Source: a virus. From it: a DNA stretch of 64,000 bases. The translations under genes and the position numbers were made by a program. The notes beneath the pieces are model-generated. The model ran no database searches and was not told the DNA's origin. It saw only the letters and a list, made by a program, of their open reading frames with translations. The DNA is taken from the IMG/VR virus record IMGVR_UViG_3300009159_000033. One strand, 5' to 3'. Below are positions 45,284 through 54,664 of the stretch, piece after piece. The stretch's first letter is position 1; every line of letters starts with the position of its first letter.

Positions 45284-45853
45284 ATGAGCACATCTCAAAT
45301 CTTTCAAATGAGAGGTGAAGAGTTAGAGCAAGGTTTGCTAGATATGATAGCTTATATCAACAGAAGATCTCCGACTAAAAACATGAGACTGTTAGAGATA
45401 GGTGCTTATACTGGGGAATCAACAGCCATCTTTTGTCAGCACTTTAAACATGTAACTACTATTGATCCGTATAAGGGTAGTTATGACCCACAAGACTATG
45501 TTTGTTACTTTTCTCCCATGTCTACAGTCTATGAAGCATTTTGCGCAAGGATGAGCAAGTACACCAACTACACACTAATAATTAAAACATCTGACGAGGC
45601 TATTAAGGATATAGCAGATCAGCCGGTAGTGCACTGCTTTGATGTAGTGTATATAGATGGCATGCACCAGTATGAACAAGTGAAACGAGACATATTGAAT
45701 TATAGGGTTGTGGTGAACCGAGGTGGGTTTGTCACTGGGCATGATTATGGGGGTGGTTGGGTAGGTTATGTGGATAAGGCTGTAGATGAGATCTATGGAG
45801 CACCAGATGTTGTTTTCAATGATACTAGCTGGTTAGTTAGAAAAGGCACTTGA
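45284..45853 (+). CDS. Class I SAM methyltransferase (Methyltransf_24-like), paralog 2
   Basis: EIGAYTGES, TIDPY, YIDGMHQYE, GHDY; tandem duplicate of the upstream gene. Confidence 0.85.
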   Translation: MSTSQIFQMRGEELEQGLLDMIAYINRRSPTKNMRLLEIGAYTGESTAIFCQHFKHVTTIDPYKGSYDPQDYVCYFSPMSTVYEAFCARMSKYTNYTLIIKTSDEAIKDIADQPVVHCFDVVYIDGMHQYEQVKRDILNYRVVVNRGGFVTGHDYGGGWVGYVDKAVDEIYGAPDVVFNDTSWLVRKGT

Positions 45854-45881
45854 CAGAAAGTGCGATATCGAACACCCTTAT

Positions 45882-46448
45882 TTGGCCAATGCCTTAGGAA
45901 AAATGAATATGAAAATTAGGCCATTTGACGGCAAAGTATTAGATGAGATTATATGTATGTTTAATAACGATGTAGTTATTTGCGGAAGCTTATTAGATTA
46001 CCTTTACATAGACTATGCAACTGTACATGATTTTGATTTCATTACTGATAAATTTGTTTTTCTTAAAAGTTTTAATCTATCTGAGTTAAACAACGAAATA
46101 AACTTAAATGGTTTTTCTCTTAAAAAGAAAACAGTAACAACTTACAAACATGTATCATATTTTGGAAGATACAAAGAAAATACAACAGTAGACTTTTTTA
46201 TAAAGGACCAAGTTGTAGACGATGTTAATGTACAAATAACTTCAAGTTTATTTCTTGATAACAGCAGATATGAAACCTATACAGTTAACAATGTGGCAAC
46301 GCGAAAGAAAAGACTAAATGAATTACTTGTAATTGCTAGTAGCACTGATGATGCTAATGAGAACTGGATCTTAGAGTGGAGAAAGAAAAAGTTACAACAA
46401 GTAAATGAAAAGTTACCCTTGTATAACAACAAATTTCCCAATGACTAA
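45882..46448 (+). CDS. Hypothetical, possibly nucleotidyltransferase-like protein
   Basis: CGSLLD..HDFDF resembles the NTase GS..DxD motif; start uncertain (45882 or later). Confidence 0.45.
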   Translation: MANALGKMNMKIRPFDGKVLDEIICMFNNDVVICGSLLDYLYIDYATVHDFDFITDKFVFLKSFNLSELNNEINLNGFSLKKKTVTTYKHVSYFGRYKENTTVDFFIKDQVVDDVNVQITSSLFLDNSRYETYTVNNVATRKKRLNELLVIASSTDDANENWILEWRKKKLQQVNEKLPLYNNKFPND

Positions 46449-46515
46449 CTAGAATACCGCTAAACAGGCCCATATTGTGATAGATTTCAGAGCATACTGC
46501 AGAAAGGATTAGATA

Positions 46516-46785
46516 ATGGCTAACTTATACGGCAATTTAGTGGACATTGTGGCGGACCATTTGGAGATCGAAGCGGATCGCATTCGATCCACTGACACCT
46601 TTCATTCCCTAGGAATAGACAGTCTTAGCTCTATGGAGCTATGGTTCGTGATTGAAGATCGCTGGGGCATAGACAAGGACTTAGTAGACAACGGCATGCA
46701 CCAGACCTTGGGAGATCTAGCACACCAGCTAGAGCAACAAGTCCATAAACAAGGCATGCCTGACAAGCCAGTTTTCATCAAGTGA
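46516..46785 (+). CDS. Acyl carrier protein
   Basis: LGIDSLSSMEL phosphopantetheine attachment site; acidic; 89 aa. Confidence 0.85.
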   Translation: MANLYGNLVDIVADHLEIEADRIRSTDTFHSLGIDSLSSMELWFVIEDRWGIDKDLVDNGMHQTLGDLAHQLEQQVHKQGMPDKPVFIK

Positions 46786-46831
46786 TGGAATTTAGTTTCA
46801 AATCCGGATTTTAACTTGCAAGGATGCATGT

Positions 46832-47182
46832 ATGTGGTTCGCACTATCGGATGGTGGTGAATTAAACAAATCTGAATTTCTAAATGAACTTCGCAACAAT
46901 CGTGTATGTCCTCTGCTGGTGTACCAGAAGGAAGATCAAGCAATTGTCCCTACATTTGCGAGCCAAGAGCTTGCTGCCCGATTCGCTAGACGAAACACTT
47001 CCAAGGAATGCTCGGTTGGAGCAATGGAAGCTATAGAGGAAGATATGGAAAAGCTTCGCAAGGAAGGCTTTGTCTTCGAGAAGCTGGAATGGCCCAATCT
47101 TCGTAGTGTTACTGTGCATGTCCTATGGATAGATCGAGAGGTGGAACCAATAACCAAAGGCTTTAGAAAAGACATTAGTTGA
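46832..47182 (+). CDS. Hypothetical protein
   Basis: 116-aa ORF downstream of the palindromic motif. Confidence 0.68.
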   Translation: MWFALSDGGELNKSEFLNELRNNRVCPLLVYQKEDQAIVPTFASQELAARFARRNTSKECSVGAMEAIEEDMEKLRKEGFVFEKLEWPNLRSVTVHVLWIDREVEPITKGFRKDIS

Positions 47183-47211
47183 TGTTATAAACTCTCTTGA
47201 AAGGAATTCTC

Positions 47212-47904
47212 ATGTTTAATTGCGTTTTTGTTTTAATTGCACTGCCCCTACAGGGAGCAGTTTCTTTCCCCAATGCAGGCCAAGATCAATACTTACCTTT
47301 AGCGGAACAACAAAGGATCCATAAGATGTGGCCCAAGGGATTAGCATTCCCCGATAGGCTGCACTTCTACAACCGATCTAACTACAGCCAGCGACTCACT
47401 ATCACCAATGGACTGGATCACCATGTATGGGTGCCTACCAGCCAAGACGACAGCATTGCAAGGGAAACTAACCCCAACCGCAAGTTTCCTTGGGCAACCT
47501 CGGGTGGTACAGACGATCTAGCCGACTTTGTATCCTATGTGGGAGTATCCTTCCCCAAAGATGCGGAAGTAAACCTCTACATTGAGAATGTGGATGCAGG
47601 AGCAAGAAGGGCATTACCCATGCACAAGTGGGGCTGGCCCAAAGGTTCTATCTTCATTGACATGCTAACGCACAAAAAACAAACCTTTGAGGTGCGTAAG
47701 CGTGAGAAGGTGAGCGAAGATGAATGGACATCTAAAGTGGTATTCACTGACGCTGACTGTGCCCCTAATGGTTTCACTGGGGCTGGGCAGTCGTGTATGT
47801 CCTGTCATGGTAAGACTGGTAGCCAAGATGGCTATGGGATTAGGATCCGTGGTGGTGATACCGTGTTCTCCTTAACCCCAGTCAGTCTGATACCTAAAAA
47901 ATAG
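47212..47904 (+). CDS. Putative exported protein with a CxxCH heme-c motif
   Basis: Hydrophobic N-terminus MFNCVFVLIALPLQGA; CMSCHG near the C-terminus; AAGGA RBS. Confidence 0.6.
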   Translation: MFNCVFVLIALPLQGAVSFPNAGQDQYLPLAEQQRIHKMWPKGLAFPDRLHFYNRSNYSQRLTITNGLDHHVWVPTSQDDSIARETNPNRKFPWATSGGTDDLADFVSYVGVSFPKDAEVNLYIENVDAGARRALPMHKWGWPKGSIFIDMLTHKKQTFEVRKREKVSEDEWTSKVVFTDADCAPNGFTGAGQSCMSCHGKTGSQDGYGIRIRGGDTVFSLTPVSLIPKK

Positions 47905-47905
47905 C

Positions 47906-47966
47906 TCCATATCTCTGCTAGGCTGAGATATGGAAGCATCGCCAGTCTATATTATAGGCTGGCGAT
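47906..47966. other. Two tandem intergenic hairpins without a U-tract
   Basis: TCCATATCTC/GAGATATGGA (10 bp) and ATCGCCAGTCTAT/ATAGGCTGGCGAT (13 bp, one G-U). Confidence 0.7.
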
Positions 47967-48002
47967 AATATCAATAACTTTGATCATATTTGCAATGCTG
48001 CT

Positions 48003-48482
48003 GTGTACTATTTAGGCATGTCTTGGGTAGACTCATATCTTATGAGACGCACTATGAAAACAGCCAAAGCCCTCCCCGATATTGCTTCAGCACCGCATCT
48101 GACAGCATGGCCTGTCGCAATGCAGATAAGTCGCTGTAGGCAGAAGGCTACACTTCAAGACATGAGCTCTAAGGGGCTATCTGACCTAGTGTGTAATGGT
48201 TGGCACTGTGACTTAAATCCGGAATTTAACTGCTTATCTTTGAACCTAGTAGCTGGGCAAAGAAAGTCGTTATGTCACTGGGTTAAGAAGTTCAGCATGC
48301 TGGGGCATGAGCACTGCATACTAATACAATTGCCAAAGACTGAAGTGTTGCTGTACCGCCCTGTGTGTACGCAATCTAGTGACGATTATCTCTGCTTTCA
48401 TTACTTAAACCGAATATACCGACCTTGGAAACAATTCACCTTTGACAAGGAGTCTTACCATGGCCAGCAAGAAGAAACCTAA
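48003..48482 (+). CDS. Hypothetical protein
   Basis: ORF fills the gap before phoH; start uncertain. Confidence 0.5.
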   Translation: MYYLGMSWVDSYLMRRTMKTAKALPDIASAPHLTAWPVAMQISRCRQKATLQDMSSKGLSDLVCNGWHCDLNPEFNCLSLNLVAGQRKSLCHWVKKFSMLGHEHCILIQLPKTEVLLYRPVCTQSSDDYLCFHYLNRIYRPWKQFTFDKESYHGQQEET

Positions 48483-49122
48483 TACACCTACATCATTGCA
48501 AGAGACTGTGTTTCACTTTAAGCCCGCTAACCCTACTCAGATCAAAGTTGCTAAAGATTACCCGACTCATGACCTTATCTTTTTGACCGGACCCGCTGGG
48601 ACAGGCAAAACTCATTGTGCCCTCGCTTGTGCACTACAAGAGCTATTAGCTGGTGAGAAGAAACAAATCTTAGTGGTTAGGCCCATTGTAGAGGTGGGTG
48701 ATACCCTAGGATTCTTACCAGGCACTGTAGAGGAGAAGATATCTCCTTACTTTGATCCTATCCGAAGATTGATCAAACGCTTGACCTATAAGCTGCCCGA
48801 GGAAGCTGTATTGTTTCAGCCCTTAGCCTATATGCGGGGCGATACCTTCGAGGACACTGTCTTGTTCCTTGATGAGGCCCAAAACGCAACCTATAGCCAA
48901 CTTAAGATGTTTTTGACTAGGGTGGGCAACAACTCTAAGGTACTCATCTCCTGCGATCCCGAGCAAACAGATGTTAGACCACACAACCCTGACAACACAC
49001 CTTGTGATATACTCTCTGTAATGCAGCGGTTGTCCCCTATGCCTACCGCATGCACGCATACTTTTACTGAAGGTGAGTCGCTTCGCCATCCGTTGGTGCG
49101 TGAAGTGCTAAAGAGACTGTAA
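48460..49122 (+). CDS. phoH: PhoH-family ATPase
   Basis: GPAGTGKT, RPIVE, LGFLPG, YMRGDTF, DEAQN, FLTRVG, RHPLV. Confidence 0.93.
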   Translation: MASKKKPNTPTSLQETVFHFKPANPTQIKVAKDYPTHDLIFLTGPAGTGKTHCALACALQELLAGEKKQILVVRPIVEVGDTLGFLPGTVEEKISPYFDPIRRLIKRLTYKLPEEAVLFQPLAYMRGDTFEDTVLFLDEAQNATYSQLKMFLTRVGNNSKVLISCDPEQTDVRPHNPDNTPCDILSVMQRLSPMPTACTHTFTEGESLRHPLVREVLKRL

Positions 49123-49138
49123 ACTAATAAGGTTAATC

Positions 49139-50287
49139 ATGGCTAACATTCCTAAACTGCGATTGATGCTTGCTCGGCTGGAGAAAGAAGCTGCAGTAAC
49201 CAAGGCAGAGCTACCATGGCGAGACAGAGTTGAGGTCTACACTCAAAACCCCAAGGGCAAGATCTATGGTGGCATTTGGGACAATGACAAGTCCTTTGCC
49301 CTCCCTGGCGGTGGTATTGACGAAGGTGAGGATCCTTTAGTAGCTGCTTTGAGAGAGCTTAAGGAAGAGACAGGCATTACTGCCAAGAATCCTAGGTTGC
49401 TCCCTATTGATCCCGTAGACAGTCCTTGGAGTGATGCTCATAGAGCTAAGATTAAACGCAACTTCGCTGGTTCTAGAACGCACTTTGTTTTAGCGGACGC
49501 TATGGGTAGACGAGGTAACAAGAACTTAGATGTCTGGAATGCTTCTAATAGGGGTTATTATACACCAGCCAAAGCCATTGATATCATGAACAGCAACACT
49601 AATTACATGGCTCCTACAGCTGCTGCTGCTCGGCTCAAAGCTTTGCAGCATATCCAGTCCCTAGCCATGGCAGCAGCTAAAGAAAAGTCAGCCGCTCCAA
49701 TGAACCTATACTCTTACATTCCAAGTAGTTCTATCGAGCATGTAAAAAAGCATGGACTGTTATCGGGAAACGAATTAGCAAAGCCCGAAAATAGGCACTT
49801 GTTAGACATAGCTAGACCAGATGGAGATGCAGACAGATGGCTCAAAGAAAGGGATGCAAGATTAGCTAAGTCTCCATGGACAAACTCTTATAACGGCCCC
49901 TCTGCTTTCTTTGGGGACATAGACGCTGGGAAAATCCACGATAAGCACCCAATCAAGAAGTTTGATACAACTAGGGCTGTAATTAAATTACGAGAACTAT
50001 TGAGGGACTACCCCGCTACAAAGATGGAAGGTAGCGAATTGATTCCATTCTCAGACACTACTTACGATGCCTTAGATGAAAAAGGTCAAAATGAATTTGT
50101 GAATAAACGGCATCATACGCTATCATTGGACGAGATTAAGGCATTGCTGACGAGGGGTCAAAACCCGAAAGATATGTGGAAAGACTTCAAGGACACAGAA
50201 GGTAAGTACTACGCATCAGACGTGCCACATGCACAAGTTGTTACACCTATGGGAAAGATACCTTCTAAATACATTGAGTTTAAATAA
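49139..50287 (+). CDS. Nudix hydrolase fused to a second, possibly ADP-ribosyltransferase-like, domain
   Basis: Complete Nudix box GGGIDEGEDPLVAALRELKEETG; second domain begins LYSYIPSSSIEHVKKHGLLS. Confidence 0.75.
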   Translation: MANIPKLRLMLARLEKEAAVTKAELPWRDRVEVYTQNPKGKIYGGIWDNDKSFALPGGGIDEGEDPLVAALRELKEETGITAKNPRLLPIDPVDSPWSDAHRAKIKRNFAGSRTHFVLADAMGRRGNKNLDVWNASNRGYYTPAKAIDIMNSNTNYMAPTAAAARLKALQHIQSLAMAAAKEKSAAPMNLYSYIPSSSIEHVKKHGLLSGNELAKPENRHLLDIARPDGDADRWLKERDARLAKSPWTNSYNGPSAFFGDIDAGKIHDKHPIKKFDTTRAVIKLRELLRDYPATKMEGSELIPFSDTTYDALDEKGQNEFVNKRHHTLSLDEIKALLTRGQNPKDMWKDFKDTEGKYYASDVPHAQVVTPMGKIPSKYIEFK

Positions 50288-50294
50288 GTAAGTA

Positions 50295-50879
50295 ATGAAA
50301 AAGTTAGAAATTGGACCATCTAGTCACCAGCGTACCCCCGATGGTGCACCTACAGCGACTTGGGATACATTAGATAGTAGCTATAAAGCGACCTTCAACG
50401 CTAAATGGTCTGGTGATGTAGCCTCACTCCCTATCCCAGAATCTACCTACGATTGGGTGCACGCTTCGCATGTATTAGAACATTTGCCATGGTGGCAGAC
50501 TATTGGTGCGTTGACCGCTGTACATAACATCTTGAAGTTTGGTGGTCGGTTTACAGTTTGGGTGCCCGATGCTTTAAAAATCATCAAGTTAGCAATGGAA
50601 GATCCTGCGCAATTGCAAGAGCTTGAGAAGATTTGGCGGTGCGGTGGTCTTAACCCTAGCAAAGATCCTTGGATTTACATGAATGCTCGTGTATTCTGGG
50701 GAGCTAGGCCGGGCGAGGTAGGACAGGAGCAGCACTTTCATCGTGCTATGTTTGGGGAAGAATCATTGAAAAGGTTGATGGAGAAGGCTGGGTTCACTAG
50801 CGTGGCTCGAATTGAGCGGGACACCGCTGTTGATGTGGGGCATGGTTGGATGGAAATTGGGATGGAAGGGTTTAAATGA
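50295..50879 (+). CDS. SAM-dependent methyltransferase-like protein
   Basis: LEIGP, DWVHASHVLEHL, LKFGG. Confidence 0.75.
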   Translation: MKKLEIGPSSHQRTPDGAPTATWDTLDSSYKATFNAKWSGDVASLPIPESTYDWVHASHVLEHLPWWQTIGALTAVHNILKFGGRFTVWVPDALKIIKLAMEDPAQLQELEKIWRCGGLNPSKDPWIYMNARVFWGARPGEVGQEQHFHRAMFGEESLKRLMEKAGFTSVARIERDTAVDVGHGWMEIGMEGFK

Positions 50880-51589
50880 GCAAGATAACCTTTGTCCTTT
50901 TGAACTATAAGCGACCCGATAACTTAATTAAACATATCATCCCAAGCTTATTAAAGAACGAGCTAACCGCTAAAGTGATCGTGTCTCACGCACTGAGAGA
51001 GACTTGCTTTGATACCTATGTACATGACGATAGGTTACTACAGTTAAAAAGCTTTGACGAGCAGAAGCGGGTAGGGATGTATTGTAGGTTCTTAGCCACG
51101 GAAAGAGCCACCACTGAGTGTATTGCCTTTCAAGACGATGACTTCTTAGTAGATAATGCTTCTATTAAGTTTTGTTATGAGCAGTGGGCAGAAGACAAGC
51201 ATTCCATTCATGGGGTTACAGGTAGGGTTATAACAGAAGACACCTACATTCCTAAAGATACACCCTCTGCCCGTGTTCCAGTGATATTGCCCCACTTTGC
51301 CATGACCTCTAGCCTTACGATAAAGAAAGTGATGGAGCTGGCACCTACAGTTGCACCCTATGTTCAAGACTGTACACCGATATGGAATGGGGAAGACATC
51401 TTTCTAAGCATTGTTGCGATGTTGCAAACAAAGAAGTTCAACCGAAGGCATGATTTGAAGCTCCAAGCATTACCATGCCCCGCTGCTATTTGTGAAATCG
51501 AAGGACACTATGACCATAGAACTTACCTAGTTACAAAATTATTTAAACTATTTCCAGAGCTCAAAGAAATATTTAAATCAAATAATTGA
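50876..51589 (+). CDS. GT64/exostosin-like glycosyltransferase
   Basis: LLNYKRPDNL, FQDDD, NGEDIFLS. Confidence 0.65.
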   Translation: MSKITFVLLNYKRPDNLIKHIIPSLLKNELTAKVIVSHALRETCFDTYVHDDRLLQLKSFDEQKRVGMYCRFLATERATTECIAFQDDDFLVDNASIKFCYEQWAEDKHSIHGVTGRVITEDTYIPKDTPSARVPVILPHFAMTSSLTIKKVMELAPTVAPYVQDCTPIWNGEDIFLSIVAMLQTKKFNRRHDLKLQALPCPAAICEIEGHYDHRTYLVTKLFKLFPELKEIFKSNN

Positions 51590-51590
51590 G

Positions 51591-51675
51591 TGGCAAGGAG
51601 CAGCAAGGAATGGCAAGGAGCAGCAAAGAGGTTCATAGAAGTTCATTTTAAGATTGAACAAGATTGAACGTTCAA
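51591..51675. repeat. Short intergenic direct repeats in 10-bp register
   Basis: TGGCAAGGAGCAGCAA at 51591 and 51611; GTTCAT at 51631 and 51641; AGATTGAAC at 51651 and 51661; palindrome TTGAACGTTCAA at 51664. Confidence 0.8.
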
Positions 51676-51695
51676 TTTTGTTTAAAAGATTTAAC

Positions 51696-51723
51696 TAGAC
51701 AACCCCCCAAAGGGGGCTAAAAT
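51696..51723 (+). promoter_or_regulatory. Candidate sigma70-like promoter
   Basis: TAGACA-N16-TAAAAT upstream of the HNH gene. Confidence 0.45.
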
Positions 51724-51766
51724 GGTCTGCAGTTATTAGATCCTTATACATAGAAAGTAGGGTAAC

Positions 51767-52588
51767 ATGCTTGAGGAAGCAAAATACTGTGTAGATAATG
51801 CGGATACTATTAAAGCTATAAAAACTGCTCAACGGAAAAAACGTAAAGTACTTCAGCAGAAAGAACGTAGAGCGTTTGGAAAAGAGTATGTGGTAATATC
51901 TGGTAAACAGAAAAGAGTAAAATACCCAGATAAGATAATAGATGTATTGAGTGAGCGTTTTACAGTTTCTGGTTGTTCTGAAACTGGGTTAAAGTGGTCT
52001 GACTCTGCTATTAATAAGTCTTGGCTTAGAGGTCAAGAAGCAGGTTATCCCTCCTCTGATGGATATTTTTTCGTTACTATTGTTATAGATTTGGTTACTT
52101 ATGCAATACAAGTAGCAAACGTTGTGTGGATGTTGACTCATAAACAACAAATTAAAGATGGCGAAATAATAGACCACATTAATCATAATCGTCGTGATAA
52201 TAGAATAGAAAACTTAAAAAGTGGTGACTATTTACACAATGCAATCAATTGTTCACATAAAAAATCATATGGGTATCCCAACATAAGTATTAAAAAGTTT
52301 GCCAATTTTAAAAAAATATATTTCGTGGCTAGATTTAGCTGTTCGGGCTCAAACTGGTCTTCTAAATATGTACAATCACAGGACCATGCTTTTGTATTAG
52401 GGTGGGAAATACTAACATCAGGACAAATTCCTTTGAATTATATAAAAAGCAAATCTTTAGAGTTTTTAGACGGCACTTATTTAAAAGAAGCCCTAGCCGA
52501 GTGCGCAAAGCAAGGCATAACCATCGCATCTCTTAAATTCAAAACGCTGTACGAATACATAGCTTCTGTTGAGAACAACGCTAACTAA
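51767..52588 (+). mobile_element. Free-standing HNH homing endonuclease
   Basis: IDHINHNRRDNRIENL HNH motif; C-terminal GYPNIS..YFVARF resembles an AP2-like domain; AT-richer than neighbours by eye. Confidence 0.8.
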
Positions 52589-52618
52589 GTAACCAATAGT
52601 AGAATAGGAAATTAGATT

Positions 52619-53941
52619 ATGACTACTGATGAAGCTTTGGATCAGCTTATAACTCAACTTCAAGGAAAAACAGCTAAAGTGATGGTGGTAGGTCTCGGCT
52701 ACGCTGGCCTACCTCTTGCTGAGTGTATTGCCAGTGCTGGGTTTGATGTCATTGGTTACGACATAGACCCAAACAAGGTTGAAATCCTACAACAAGGGAA
52801 AAGCTACTTAGAAACCATTCCTGCAGCTAGGGTGCAAAGCTTATTAAACACAGGTAAGTTTAAAGCAACCTCAGACATTGCTACTGCAGAACCTTGTGCC
52901 GTCTATTGGATTTGTGTCCCCACTCCTTTGGTAAATGGTGCCCCTACTCTAGATATCTTATATAATGCGATCAATGCAGTAAGCACAGTAGCTAAAACAC
53001 CTTTCTTGGTTGTGGTCTCTAGTACATCCTTCCCCGGAACCACTCGGTCTATGGGCTTGAGCATTCTAGAAGAAGATAGGAAAGAGGATCGCAACTTCTT
53101 TCTTGCCTTTAGCCAAGAAAGAGAAGATCCAGGCAATACCAAATTTACCACGAGAACGCTTCCTAGAGTCTTTGGAGCACTCAATGACTCTTCGGAAAAA
53201 GTGACTTCAGTTTTGTTTAATCAGCTGTTTGATGAGGTGCATCAAGCAAGCTCCATGGAAGCAGCAGAAGCCTCTAAAATGATGGAGAATGTCTATCGTG
53301 CGGTAAACATCGCACTTGCAAACGAATGGGCTGATATTTGTAATAAATTGGGTTTGGATGTGTGGGAGGTGATTAAACTCGCAGCAACCAAGCCTTTTGG
53401 CTTTCAAGCGTTTTATCCTGGTCCGGGTGTTGGTGGTCATTGCATCCCTGTGGACCCTTATTACCTTCTTCAAAAGCTGCAGAGCATGGGTTCAGACGCT
53501 GAGCTTATTAGTCTTGCGTGTGAACTGAACAAAAAGAGGCCAAGCGTAATCGTAGGCAAGCTAGTGGAGTTCTTAGGACTTTACACCCACCGCTTTGATG
53601 AAAGCTTTCCTATATTATTGATTGGGATAAGCTACAAAAAAAATGTAGGAGATCTTCGAGGTTCGCCAGCGCTTGAAATCCTTGATTTGCTCTGCAGAGA
53701 AGGTTTTGATGTAACATGGTATGATCCTTTAGTAGATAAGACAGACTTGGCTCTAGAATTATTGAGAGAAACTACTCTCAGCTCAATACTATTAAAGGAG
53801 CAAGCTGTCTGCATTATCCTTTCGGACCATGACATAATTGACTGGGATATGGTGTTAGCCCACTCCAACTTTATATTTGATACTAAGAACAAATATGCAA
53901 AGTGTGATGGGGTAAACCCGTTCAAGCTGATAAGACTTTAG
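52619..53941 (+). CDS. UDP-N-acetylhexosamine/UDP-glucose dehydrogenase family protein (WecC/WbpA/TviB-like)
   Basis: VVGLGYAGLPLA, ICVPTP, ASKMMENVYR, GPGVGGHCIPVDP, YKKNVGDLR. Confidence 0.92.
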   Translation: MTTDEALDQLITQLQGKTAKVMVVGLGYAGLPLAECIASAGFDVIGYDIDPNKVEILQQGKSYLETIPAARVQSLLNTGKFKATSDIATAEPCAVYWICVPTPLVNGAPTLDILYNAINAVSTVAKTPFLVVVSSTSFPGTTRSMGLSILEEDRKEDRNFFLAFSQEREDPGNTKFTTRTLPRVFGALNDSSEKVTSVLFNQLFDEVHQASSMEAAEASKMMENVYRAVNIALANEWADICNKLGLDVWEVIKLAATKPFGFQAFYPGPGVGGHCIPVDPYYLLQKLQSMGSDAELISLACELNKKRPSVIVGKLVEFLGLYTHRFDESFPILLIGISYKKNVGDLRGSPALEILDLLCREGFDVTWYDPLVDKTDLALELLRETTLSSILLKEQAVCIILSDHDIIDWDMVLAHSNFIFDTKNKYAKCDGVNPFKLIRL

Positions 53942-54015
53942 CTACCCTTGCGTTTAATCCCTATGCTATTTAAACTAAATTAGTGAAGTAGTTTAATAAC
54001 ATAGGGAAATGCATT

Positions 54016-54654
54016 ATGTACGCACAACGCACCAAACAAGCAAACATTGGTAAACTTTTGGCAAGCCTAGGGCTTGGCGGATTGATTGGAGGCGGTATTG
54101 GCCGTGTCTCTGGCTATAATTCTGGTAACCACGCAGGTTACGCAGAAGGCTCTGCAAATGCGAGCAAAGACACTTTAATAAATCTACTCAAAGGTATGAC
54201 TGGTGTTGTACAACAAGGCGCAGAAAGCAAGCTAGACTTAAAGAAGCTACTTGAATCTAAACCTGGTGTAATGCCATCTATTCCTATGGCTCCACTAAAT
54301 GCAGAATCAATTAAAACTGCAAAACTACGCAGAGTACTCCGCCGAGTAGAAAAGTCAGCTGCGGAGAAACGAGCCATTGCTGCGTTGTTAGCTGCGCTTA
54401 AGGGTGGTGGTGGTAAAGCGATGGGTGCAATTGAACGGCTGATGGGTAAAGCTGCACCTAAAACTCCTTTTGTTTCACAAGGTGCGCTCAATGCCGGACT
54501 TGAATCTTCTGCGGCGCGCCCCTTAAGCTTTGCGGAGTCTGCTCTGCCTGCCCTACCTAAAGGGTTTAGTGGTGTGCACCCCGCAGAACTTCCTGACACC
54601 GATATAATGCACAAATTATTTATGCTTAACCAAAAGTTTAAACACCAGAACTAG
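54016..54654 (+). CDS. Gly/Ala-rich protein with K-x-A motifs, probably virion-associated
   Basis: KQA, KTA, KSA and KRA precede Gly/Ala-rich segments. Confidence 0.7.
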   Translation: MYAQRTKQANIGKLLASLGLGGLIGGGIGRVSGYNSGNHAGYAEGSANASKDTLINLLKGMTGVVQQGAESKLDLKKLLESKPGVMPSIPMAPLNAESIKTAKLRRVLRRVEKSAAEKRAIAALLAALKGGGGKAMGAIERLMGKAAPKTPFVSQGALNAGLESSAARPLSFAESALPALPKGFSGVHPAELPDTDIMHKLFMLNQKFKHQN

Positions 54655-54664
54655 GAATTTAACT

